This document shows, piece after piece, positions 46,491-54,706 of a stretch of 64,000 nucleotides of DNA. Made by a program: the position numbers and the translations under genes. The stretch is from a virus (taxonomy: Duplodnaviria > Heunggongvirae > Uroviricota > Caudoviricetes): the IMG/VR virus record IMGVR_UViG_3300036884_000676; one strand, written 5' to 3'. The notes beneath the pieces were generated by a model. That model was not told the origin of the DNA, searched no databases, and worked only from the letters and a program-made list of their open reading frames with translations. Positions within the stretch are counted from its first letter, which is position 1; every line of letters begins with the position of its first letter.

Positions 46491-47258
46491 ATGGAGCCTC
46501 ATATAATTTCAGTAAGTCGTAGAGAAGATATTCCCGCATTCCGTGGCGATTGGTTCATGGAGAAAATAAAAAAGGGGTATGTTAATATGGTAAATCCTTG
46601 GTCAACATATACCATATCTTTCGAAAAAGTGAAATTGGCTGTATTCTGGTCGAAGAATCCAAGACCTTTTATGAAATATCTGGATTCTTTACCATTCAAA
46701 TATTATTTCCAATTTACATTAAATGGATATCCAGAATATGAATTAGAAGTCCCACCGATATTAGAAAGAATTGAAACTTTCAAGGAATTATCAGATAAAA
46801 TAGGTAGGGAGTGTGTAATATGGAGATTTGACCCGATTATTATTTCTGATAAAATAACAGAAGAAAAACTTTTAAGAAGAATTGAAAAAATTGGGAATGA
46901 AATACATAATTATACAGAAAAACTTGTATTTAGTTATATTGATCCCTATAAAAAATTGGGTAATAAATTCAAAGAAGTTCCTGATGATGTTAAAATTAGA
47001 ATTTCTAAACAATTAATAGAATTCAATAAAGATTGGGGATTGAAATTAGCCACCTGTGCCGAATCAATTAATTTGGATGGTATAGAACATAATAAATGTG
47101 TAGATCCTGAATTAATTGAACGAATATGTGGAAAACAAAGATGGATAACGAGTACAAAGGATAAAAATCAAAGAACTGAATGTGGATGTATCCAAAGTGG
47201 AGATATAGGAACATTTAAAACCTGTAAGCATCATTGTACATACTGTTACGCTTGTTAA
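46491..47258 (+). CDS. DUF1848-like protein with C-terminal Cys cluster
   Basis: The N-terminus HIISVSRREDIPAFRGDWFMEKIKKGYV resembles the DUF1848 signature (IISASRRTDIPAFY.EWF). C-terminal CKHHCTYCYAC. Confidence 0.5.
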   Translation: MEPHIISVSRREDIPAFRGDWFMEKIKKGYVNMVNPWSTYTISFEKVKLAVFWSKNPRPFMKYLDSLPFKYYFQFTLNGYPEYELEVPPILERIETFKELSDKIGRECVIWRFDPIIISDKITEEKLLRRIEKIGNEIHNYTEKLVFSYIDPYKKLGNKFKEVPDDVKIRISKQLIEFNKDWGLKLATCAESINLDGIEHNKCVDPELIERICGKQRWITSTKDKNQRTECGCIQSGDIGTFKTCKHHCTYCYAC

Positions 47259-47272
47259 ATAAAATATGAAAT

Positions 47273-47482
47273 ATGAGAGAATTATTAGATAATAAATGGA
47301 TTATCGATTTTGACCAAGAAAGTATTGATATTCGAGATTTACAGATTATAATTCTTGATGCTCTTTCTAATGGTTATAAGACAGTTAAACTATCAATAGA
47401 ACAGGATTCTATTACTGAGGATAACGAGGAAGGTACAATTAACTATTATCCTACTGCTAAATTGATATTTGAAAAATTTTAA
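47273..47482 (+). CDS. hypothetical protein
   Basis: 69-aa ORF. Confidence 0.3.
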   Translation: MRELLDNKWIIDFDQESIDIRDLQIIILDALSNGYKTVKLSIEQDSITEDNEEGTINYYPTAKLIFEKF

Positions 47483-47487
47483 TATAA

Positions 47488-48072
47488 TTGAAGATGGAAA
47501 ATAAAAAATTAGATGAATTAAATGAATTATTAACAAATAATTCTTTACCAGAAATTTTAGTAGAATTTTTAAAGGAATATTCGTACTATGTTCCAGAGAG
47601 GGTAAAACCGTATGATATTTTTCAACAAATATTAAAAAAGAAAGTATCTTATTTAAATAGTCAGAACAATCCGAACTTTGAAATTTTAAGTTTTTATACA
47701 AATAAAAAACATGAATGGATTTCTACCAAAAAAGGATTTTTCGGGAATGTAAAAGAAAAAAAGAACTATACAAACGAAAAAATAGTGATTAGTAAAGGTA
47801 CTGATGAATTTAATAATATAATTTCCAATAATATCGGAGATTTTAGAATTTATTCGGTATTAAGAAAAAATGATAATACTATATTGACCGTTGAGGATAA
47901 AACTACATATCATAATTCATTCGACCCCCCTGATTATTTTGAAAAAATAGGTAGATTTTGTTTGGATGGTGAATATTATATGAATTGGGAATTAAAAAGT
48001 GAATCTGGAATTCAAGTTGCTTTTGGTGGTGGAACATTTATTGATATAAAAAATATAATTCTAAAGAATTAA
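47488..48072 (+). CDS. hypothetical protein
   Basis: 194-aa ORF. Confidence 0.35.
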   Translation: MKMENKKLDELNELLTNNSLPEILVEFLKEYSYYVPERVKPYDIFQQILKKKVSYLNSQNNPNFEILSFYTNKKHEWISTKKGFFGNVKEKKNYTNEKIVISKGTDEFNNIISNNIGDFRIYSVLRKNDNTILTVEDKTTYHNSFDPPDYFEKIGRFCLDGEYYMNWELKSESGIQVAFGGGTFIDIKNIILKN

Positions 48073-48076
48073 AATT

Positions 48077-48607
48077 ATGAAAATTTATGATGATGATGAA
48101 ATAAGAAGAATGGCTGGTCATCCAGACTGTGTTGATATATATGAAGTCAATGGGTTTCTAAGAGGATTTAGAAAAGCCCAAGAATTACTTTTATTTAAAA
48201 ATGAATTTTTGGATAATAGTAGAAATCAATATCTGGATAATAGTAGAAATCAATATTCAAAAAATGGACTTCCATTCATGTACCCACATTTAGAAGAAGA
48301 TAAAATTTTTAATGATAATTTTGATGAAATTGAAAAATATGCTAAGGAATGTCAGATAAATCAATATGGAGATTTTGGTAAACCGAAAAGTAATAATTAT
48401 CCAGAATTCAGATTTCAATATAAAGGAATCATTCATCCCACACATTATGATTTCACATTCAAAAATGCTTTATTTCGTTATTGTTGGGTAGAACCATTTG
48501 AAGAATATAGGATGGGTAATCAAGTAGATATTTTTTATAGAACTGGTAGTTATTATGTAATTTTTGATTATGAAAAAGAAGGTTATGATGATTATAAGTT
48601 AAAATGA
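48077..48607 (+). CDS. hypothetical protein with internal 24-nt tandem duplication
   Basis: LDNSRNQY occurs twice, from the direct repeat at 48209..48256. Confidence 0.35.
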   Translation: MKIYDDDEIRRMAGHPDCVDIYEVNGFLRGFRKAQELLLFKNEFLDNSRNQYLDNSRNQYSKNGLPFMYPHLEEDKIFNDNFDEIEKYAKECQINQYGDFGKPKSNNYPEFRFQYKGIIHPTHYDFTFKNALFRYCWVEPFEEYRMGNQVDIFYRTGSYYVIFDYEKEGYDDYKLK

Positions 48608-48614
48608 AATAATT

Positions 48615-49160
48615 ATGAAAAAAAGAAATATAAAAACATATCAAGATTGGGAAAAATCCGAACTCAATTTGAGTGAATTCTTATCCGAAAATGACGAAAT
48701 AGATTATGAAATTTATGAACATATATTGTGTGAATACTGTCCGCCTAATTATGATGATGAAATTATTGGTCAATGTGGTGAAGCATGGGATGAAAGGGAT
48801 GGAGTATTCTATTACGAAACAGTAAAACAAAAAGATGATAAATACTTCTATCTTGGTATTCTTCCTGATAAAAATATTAAAACAAAAACTAAACCAGAAA
48901 AATCAGTAAAAGAAGAATTAAAAATCGGAGATCCTGTTCAGGTAATGGATAGTGGTCTATTAATGTTTCAGTCATTTGCCCCGAAGAACTCCTTTCCAAA
49001 CAATTATGGTCGAATAAGTGAAATATGGGAACAGGATTATTTGATTGAATTTCCATTAACTGGTGGATCGAAAAATAAATTGGGGTATGATGAACACAGT
49101 CAAGTTGCACCATATCCGAAACATCTGGTACATAAACGAGAATTATTCAAAAAATTATAA
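48615..49160 (+). CDS. hypothetical protein
   Basis: 181-aa ORF. Confidence 0.35.
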   Translation: MKKRNIKTYQDWEKSELNLSEFLSENDEIDYEIYEHILCEYCPPNYDDEIIGQCGEAWDERDGVFYYETVKQKDDKYFYLGILPDKNIKTKTKPEKSVKEELKIGDPVQVMDSGLLMFQSFAPKNSFPNNYGRISEIWEQDYLIEFPLTGGSKNKLGYDEHSQVAPYPKHLVHKRELFKKL

Positions 49161-49165
49161 TATTT

Positions 49166-49639
49166 ATGACAGAAAATGATATTTTAGCACTAAGTTGGAA
49201 ACAACCATTTGCTAGTCTGATGTTATGTGGGAAAATTGAAACCAGAGTATGGAAAACTAAATACAGGGGTGAAGTATTGATATGTGCTTCTAAGAAGTCA
49301 TATTCATTAAAGGAATTAAATGATATTTGTGGACAGTATCAATTGTATAGAATATTTGACACTTTACATTGTGATCTTGGTTGTGTAGATGATCTTTGTG
49401 GATTGGCTATAGCCATTGGAAGATTAGTTGATTGTAGACCAATGCAAAAAACAGATGAAGATAATTGTTTCGCTTTATACAATCCTGATTTGTGGTGCCA
49501 TGTTTATGAGGATGTTAGAGAAATAAAACCATTTCCATTCAGGGGAAAACAAGGTTGGTCTAAATTGGATAAGACAACTTTTGACAAAATTGAGTATATA
49601 AATTATGAAAAGGATCTAAGAGAATGGCTAAAGAAATAA
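49166..49639 (+). CDS. ASCH domain protein
   Basis: SWKQPFASLMLCGKIETRVWKTKYRGEVLICAS matches the ASCH GxKxxExR...yrG..l.ihA pattern. Confidence 0.5.
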   Translation: MTENDILALSWKQPFASLMLCGKIETRVWKTKYRGEVLICASKKSYSLKELNDICGQYQLYRIFDTLHCDLGCVDDLCGLAIAIGRLVDCRPMQKTDEDNCFALYNPDLWCHVYEDVREIKPFPFRGKQGWSKLDKTTFDKIEYINYEKDLREWLKK

Positions 49640-50001
49640 CAATTAAAGAACTTATTGAGATTTTACAACATCATTTAAGTATGTTGAAAGAAGAATCTAC
49701 ACTTTTTGATGTAGGTACTACTATTGGAATATCTACAAGTCTTTCACTTCAAGATGTGAATGGTTGGAGAAAAGAAGATTTGGAATGGGGTATAAAGTAT
49801 GGATTGGGTTGGAAAGATGGTACAAGTGATCAAGTCATAAAAGATTATGAACTTCATAAAAAAGCTAGTTCACTGTCAAGATCTGTTCATGATCTTATTG
49901 GGTTAGAAAAGGATTTAAAGAATCTTGAAGATGAAGAAAAAAGAATAAGGGCTATTGAATCGATTGAGGATAATTCTCATGATGATATTCCCTTTCTTTA
50001 A
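49624..50001 (+). CDS. hypothetical protein
   Basis: 125-aa ORF. Confidence 0.3.
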   Translation: MAKEITIKELIEILQHHLSMLKEESTLFDVGTTIGISTSLSLQDVNGWRKEDLEWGIKYGLGWKDGTSDQVIKDYELHKKASSLSRSVHDLIGLEKDLKNLEDEEKRIRAIESIEDNSHDDIPFL

Positions 50002-50003
50002 GA

Positions 50004-50477
50004 ATGACATACAAAATTATATTTTTGGATTTTGATGGTGTGTTAATTCCAGCCAGTGCCAAGGGATTCAATATGAGAAATATTGACAATCTCAATGAAC
50101 TTATTCGTAAAACGGGGGCTAAAATAGTTGTAACCTCAGATTGGAAAAGAAAACACGATGTTACAAAAATTTTATATGATAATGGTGTTAAAGGTGAAAT
50201 ACTTGGAATCACTCCGAATTTTTCGATTAAAGAAGATGAAACCATTAAAGTTCCCAAAGGATTAGAAATTAAAGAATGGTTAAATAAGTTTAATTCATTC
50301 GATGGTGAAAATGAACTAAAATATGTTACGAATTATGTTATCTTAGATGACCATCATATTGATATGTTAGTTGAACAAATAGACAATATGGTGGAAATAG
50401 ATCAGACTAAAGGATTCGATGGTAAAGCTCTGAAAGACGCTATATCCATATTAATAAGAGATGAAATAATTATTTAA
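50004..50477 (+). CDS. HAD-superfamily phosphatase-like protein
   Basis: Motif I FLDFDGVL (DxDG). Later VVTSDW and DDHHID. Confidence 0.4.
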   Translation: MTYKIIFLDFDGVLIPASAKGFNMRNIDNLNELIRKTGAKIVVTSDWKRKHDVTKILYDNGVKGEILGITPNFSIKEDETIKVPKGLEIKEWLNKFNSFDGENELKYVTNYVILDDHHIDMLVEQIDNMVEIDQTKGFDGKALKDAISILIRDEIII

Positions 50478-50495
50478 AAAAGAAATACTACACGG

Positions 50496-51380
50496 ATGGA
50501 ATGGGATGCAATAAAATGGGCACAAACCTATAAAACTTCAAATCTTAACAGAAGAAAAGAACTTTTGATTGATGTTTGGGAAAACACGATTAAAATCGTT
50601 AAGAATGGAAAATACTTCTCGGATGGAGAAGTTATCATTGACAACTCGAAAGTGTGCCAGAACTCTTTATTTACTGAAAATGGCCCAATTTATGACCCAA
50701 CGGGGATAAATGACTTTAAAACTGAAATATTGGTCATGGATGCTGATTGTTTGGATGTAGCAAGAACGATGGAAAATCCGATAGTTTTAAATATGGCCAG
50801 TTATAAGAATCCCGGTGGTGGTGTAATAAATGGTTCATCGGCACAGGAAGAAAATTTATTCAGAAGAACCAATTTATTTAAATCTCTTTATCAATATGTT
50901 GATTATGCTCATCAGTATGGAATAGAACAAAATTCTAAATACAAATATCCATTGGGTGATTATGGTGCAATCTATTCAAAAGATATAACCGTTTTTCGTG
51001 GTTCTGAAAAAAATGGATATTATTTACTCTCCCATCCATTCAAATGTGCTTTTATATCTGTACCTGCAATAAAAAGACCAGAATTGAAGAATAGAAGAAT
51101 GAATGAAAATGACTTCTCCAAAACCAAACAAAAAATAAGAAGGATTTTTCAATTCGCTCATGAGAATGGACATAGAGATTTAGTTCTTTCCGCTTTTGGT
51201 TGTGGTGCTTATGGAAATCCACCCGAACAGATAGCTTCAATCTTTAAAGAATTATTAGATACTGAATATAAAGGGGTTTTTCATAAGATAGTATTCGCTA
51301 TCTATGATGATCATAACTCATATAAAGAACACAATCCAGATGGAAATTTAAAACCATTCAAGAAAATATTTAATATATAA
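50496..51380 (+). CDS. bacterial-type poly(ADP-ribose) glycohydrolase (DUF2263 macrodomain)
   Basis: NMASYKNPGGGVINGSSAQEENLFRRTNLFKSL carries the PARG GGG-X7-QEE catalytic signature. The C-terminal LVLSAFGCGAYGNP also matches bacterial PARGs. Confidence 0.75.
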   Translation: MEWDAIKWAQTYKTSNLNRRKELLIDVWENTIKIVKNGKYFSDGEVIIDNSKVCQNSLFTENGPIYDPTGINDFKTEILVMDADCLDVARTMENPIVLNMASYKNPGGGVINGSSAQEENLFRRTNLFKSLYQYVDYAHQYGIEQNSKYKYPLGDYGAIYSKDITVFRGSEKNGYYLLSHPFKCAFISVPAIKRPELKNRRMNENDFSKTKQKIRRIFQFAHENGHRDLVLSAFGCGAYGNPPEQIASIFKELLDTEYKGVFHKIVFAIYDDHNSYKEHNPDGNLKPFKKIFNI

Positions 51381-51387
51381 TCACATT

Positions 51388-51972
51388 ATGACAAATTTAT
51401 ACATTGATGAATTGGATTTCGAAGATGATGAAAATATCAAAATTATTGATTTTCCAATAACAAGACAAGCCTATTCATATACTTGTGGTTGTGATATAGT
51501 AGAAAGAACAATGGAATTTTATGGTGAAAATTTTCGTGAATCTGATTTAGTTGAAATTTTGAAAACTAACGAAGAAGAAGGAACACTTGTAAAAAACATA
51601 GTGAAATTTTTTCATTATCATGATCTAAAGACTGAATTACAACAAGATATGACAATTGATGATCTGATTAAATATGTGGATAAGAACATTCCAGTAATTG
51701 TTTTGATACAAGCTTGGGGAACTGATTTTAAATTCAAAAGAAAATATAAAGAAACTTGGGGAGATGGACATTTTGTGGCTGTAATTGGATACACAGATAA
51801 ACTTTTATTAATTAGTGATCCGTCTTTATTTAATGTCGGATATATACCAAAATCTGAATTTATGAACAGATGGCATGACATTGATGATGGACTTGAAACA
51901 TATCAACTCGGATTGGCTGTTTTTGGAAGAAAAGCAATATTTGATAAAGATAAGTTAGAAAGAGTCAGATGA
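51388..51972 (+). CDS. papain-like cysteine peptidase (C39/C1-like)
   Basis: Q...YSYTCGCDIV is a nucleophile Cys context. DGHFVAVIGY resembles papain DHAVAAVGY around the catalytic His. Confidence 0.5.
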   Translation: MTNLYIDELDFEDDENIKIIDFPITRQAYSYTCGCDIVERTMEFYGENFRESDLVEILKTNEEEGTLVKNIVKFFHYHDLKTELQQDMTIDDLIKYVDKNIPVIVLIQAWGTDFKFKRKYKETWGDGHFVAVIGYTDKLLLISDPSLFNVGYIPKSEFMNRWHDIDDGLETYQLGLAVFGRKAIFDKDKLERVR

Positions 51973-52166
51973 TTTCAAAAGAATTTTGGACAGAGATCGA
52001 AAAAGAACTTAACGATGCTTATCACAATCCTCAGTTAATAGAAAAAAATGACATTAATACTTTTACTGATTCAATAGTATCAAGAATTATCAATGAAGAT
52101 AGGTCAGATAAACTTCAAATCATTTTAGATGAAAAGGATGATAAAAAAACCCAATTTGATAAATAG
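51969..52166 (+). CDS. hypothetical protein
   Basis: 65-aa ORF. Confidence 0.3.
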   Translation: MISKEFWTEIEKELNDAYHNPQLIEKNDINTFTDSIVSRIINEDRSDKLQIILDEKDDKKTQFDK

Positions 52167-52404
52167 TATACATAGACTAAGACGAATAAATAAAGAATAT
52201 TATAAGAATATGTATAATCTAAATTGGGACTTATGGGATGATTGTATAAAAGGAAAAAATCGTCCTGATCTTTTAAGTTCAAATTTAATAAAAAATAATT
52301 TTACAATATTTGATTGGGATTTAGATGATTATTTTGTTATGTCAGAAGCAATAACAAAAAACAAAGACAGATCAAATACACTTAAAACTATTTTAGATGA
52401 ATGA
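52129..52404 (+). CDS. hypothetical protein
   Basis: 91-aa ORF. Confidence 0.3.
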   Translation: MKRMIKKPNLINSIHRLRRINKEYYKNMYNLNWDLWDDCIKGKNRPDLLSSNLIKNNFTIFDWDLDDYFVMSEAITKNKDRSNTLKTILDE

Positions 52405-52732
52405 AAATGAATTTAATTGGGATAATTTCTGGAAAGAATATCATGATTTTGAATTGGATAAAAGAAAATCCGAATCTATTGAGACAGGTTTAAGTTTTTT
52501 AGATAATTTATTTAAGAAAGGAATATCCAAGAATAAAATAACTATTATAACTGGAAAATCCGAATATAATTATAATTATTTATCAGAATTCGTGGATTTA
52601 TATAATTCAAGACAAAATAATACATTTAAAGTGTTTTTTGGAAATGACACAGATATATTAGAAGCCAGATTAATAAATTACATAAGATCTGAAAAACTCA
52701 ATGATATTTTGAATGATGGATTTCCTGGATAA
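52397..52732 (+). CDS. hypothetical protein (paralog family member 1)
   Basis: C-terminus YIRSEKLNDILND shared with the next two ORFs. Confidence 0.35.
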   Translation: MNENEFNWDNFWKEYHDFELDKRKSESIETGLSFLDNLFKKGISKNKITIITGKSEYNYNYLSEFVDLYNSRQNNTFKVFFGNDTDILEARLINYIRSEKLNDILNDGFPG

Positions 52733-53084
52733 ATTTTTGATCGGAAAATCTGAATCTATGATTCAGGATGTTAATAATATTAGAAATGATATTATTGAGA
52801 TTGATGATGAAACCTTAGAATTTTTAAATGAAGAGAATCAAAGATATTCTCGTGAAATGGATTTTGACTATATCCCACCACCTTATAAACCACTATTCGG
52901 AGAAACGATTTTAGGAATTAGACTATGGCACGAACATTCTTGTGAATTATTTACAACTGAGTTTAATCTGGAAAATATTAATGTTAGTGGATTAGCAACT
53001 CGTGTTTTTCGTGGAATTGATTTAGTTGCAAAACTACAAAATCATATTAGATACAAAAAATTAGAAAAAATATTAAATGATTGA
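52713..53084 (+). CDS. hypothetical protein (paralog family member 2)
   Basis: MMDFLDKFLIGKSE...FGETILGI...IRYKKLEKILND. Confidence 0.4.
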   Translation: MMDFLDKFLIGKSESMIQDVNNIRNDIIEIDDETLEFLNEENQRYSREMDFDYIPPPYKPLFGETILGIRLWHEHSCELFTTEFNLENINVSGLATRVFRGIDLVAKLQNHIRYKKLEKILND

Positions 53085-53475
53085 TATGAATTTTTTAGAT
53101 AAATTTTTGATTGGGAAATCGGTTGAACCAGATATTAAAAATCATATTTGGTGTAATTTATTTGAAACCAATGAAAAAGATATTGATGGAATTTTGGAAT
53201 TTTTATCTCAAGAAAATAAAAAATATTGTGAAGAAATGAATTGGGATTCATGGAAATTTAATTATAGAAAACCAAAATTCGGGGAAACAATAATCGGAAT
53301 TGGAACAAAAAGTGCAGCTGGTACTGAAATGTATAATTCTTGTTATATAATTACAACTGACTTTATGAATAGACCAGATGGATTCGTATCTCATTGTTAT
53401 TCGGGTCATGAAATATCAGAAAAAATACAAAATTTCATTAGATCTCAAAAATTAAAATCGTTGTTAAATGATTGA
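53077..53475 (+). CDS. hypothetical protein (paralog family member 3)
   Basis: MIDMNFLDKFLIGKSVE...FGETIIGI...IRSQKLKSLLND. A tandem duplicate of the previous ORF. Confidence 0.4.
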   Translation: MIDMNFLDKFLIGKSVEPDIKNHIWCNLFETNEKDIDGILEFLSQENKKYCEEMNWDSWKFNYRKPKFGETIIGIGTKSAAGTEMYNSCYIITTDFMNRPDGFVSHCYSGHEISEKIQNFIRSQKLKSLLND

Positions 53476-54202
53476 TATAAATAAAATATATTTCGATAAT
53501 TGTTTACATCTAATGCCTGATATTGATACTCATATTGTTGATATGATTCTTGCTGATTTACCATACGGAGTCACAAGAAACAAGAAAGATATTATGATCC
53601 CATTTGAATTACTCTGGAAGAACTACAATCGAATTATAAAACCGAATGGATGTATTGCTTTATTCGCTCAGGGAATGTTCGCTCACAAACTTGCTTTATC
53701 TAATGAGAAAATGTATCGTTATGATTTGATATGGAAAAAAGGAGAAAGGGTCACTGGATTTTTAAATGCAAAAAAACAAATACTTAGAAACCATGAGCAA
53801 ATTTTGATTTTCTATAAAAAACAACCAACTTACCATCCACAATTTACAGAGGGGACACCTCAGCATTCAAAAGGTAACGCTTTTTCTTTCAAAGAAGGAA
53901 AAAATCAAAATTATGGTTATTTTGATTCGAAAATTCCAGATATAAGAAAAGGAACTACACAAAAATATCCGAAAAGTGTTTTAAACTTCGAAAAACCTTG
54001 GCCACCTGTACATAGAACCCAAAAACCAGTAAAATTGTGTGAATGGTTAATATTGACCTTTACGAATCCCGGAGAATTAGTACTGGATAACACTTGTGGT
54101 ATTGGAACAACCTGTATAGCAGCTAAGAATACAGGAAGAAATTTCATAGGAATTGAAAATGATGAAGAATTTTATAATATGGATTATTATCATTTGTTAT
54201 GA
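53468..54202 (+). CDS. DNA N6-adenine/N4-cytosine methyltransferase (beta class)
   Basis: Motif IV ILADLPYG (DPPY-like) precedes motif I VLDNTCGIGTT. The C-terminal GRNFIGIE is typical of N-methyltransferases with the circularly permuted beta-class architecture. Confidence 0.75.
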   Translation: MIDINKIYFDNCLHLMPDIDTHIVDMILADLPYGVTRNKKDIMIPFELLWKNYNRIIKPNGCIALFAQGMFAHKLALSNEKMYRYDLIWKKGERVTGFLNAKKQILRNHEQILIFYKKQPTYHPQFTEGTPQHSKGNAFSFKEGKNQNYGYFDSKIPDIRKGTTQKYPKSVLNFEKPWPPVHRTQKPVKLCEWLILTFTNPGELVLDNTCGIGTTCIAAKNTGRNFIGIENDEEFYNMDYYHLL

Positions 54203-54706
54203 ATAAATATTAGAATCATCTATATCCCAACTTCCATCATTTTTAATATTCTTAATATAATTCGGGTAAAACATAATAAAATCTTTTCTAATTACATCAA
54301 TATCAGTATTGGACTTTTCAATAATTATACCATCATAATTTAACAATATCTTATTCTTTATATTAATTATCTCACTCTTCCATTCCTTAACATCATTCAT
54401 ATAATCAAACCAAGTTTCATAAATCTTTGGATTTTCTATTTTCAAATAAACTTTTAAAATTTTCGGATTTAATTTATTGTGTGTAAAAACTTTAGCAACC
54501 TTTAATGATTCAGTAAACCAACACCCTTTACTACAATCAAATATTTTATCAATAGTTGATTTATAATATTCACCTGTTCCGTGATAAGCAATTAATGGAT
54601 GATTATTTTCATCTACGACTTTACTTTCATCAAACCATTTATAAAAATTAGGATTTAAATTTTTATATTCTTCAAACATTTTTAGATATTTCATAGAATT
54701 TACCAT
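54197..54706 (-). CDS. H-G-T motif protein (ART-fold-like paralog)
   Basis: MVNSMKYLKMFEE... then PLIAYHGTGEY...KGCWFTESLKV. C-terminal ILLNYDGIIIEKS aligns with the other paralogs. Confidence 0.5.
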   Translation of the reverse strand: MVNSMKYLKMFEEYKNLNPNFYKWFDESKVVDENNHPLIAYHGTGEYYKSTIDKIFDCSKGCWFTESLKVAKVFTHNKLNPKILKVYLKIENPKIYETWFDYMNDVKEWKSEIINIKNKILLNYDGIIIEKSNTDIDVIRKDFIMFYPNYIKNIKNDGSWDIDDSNIYS

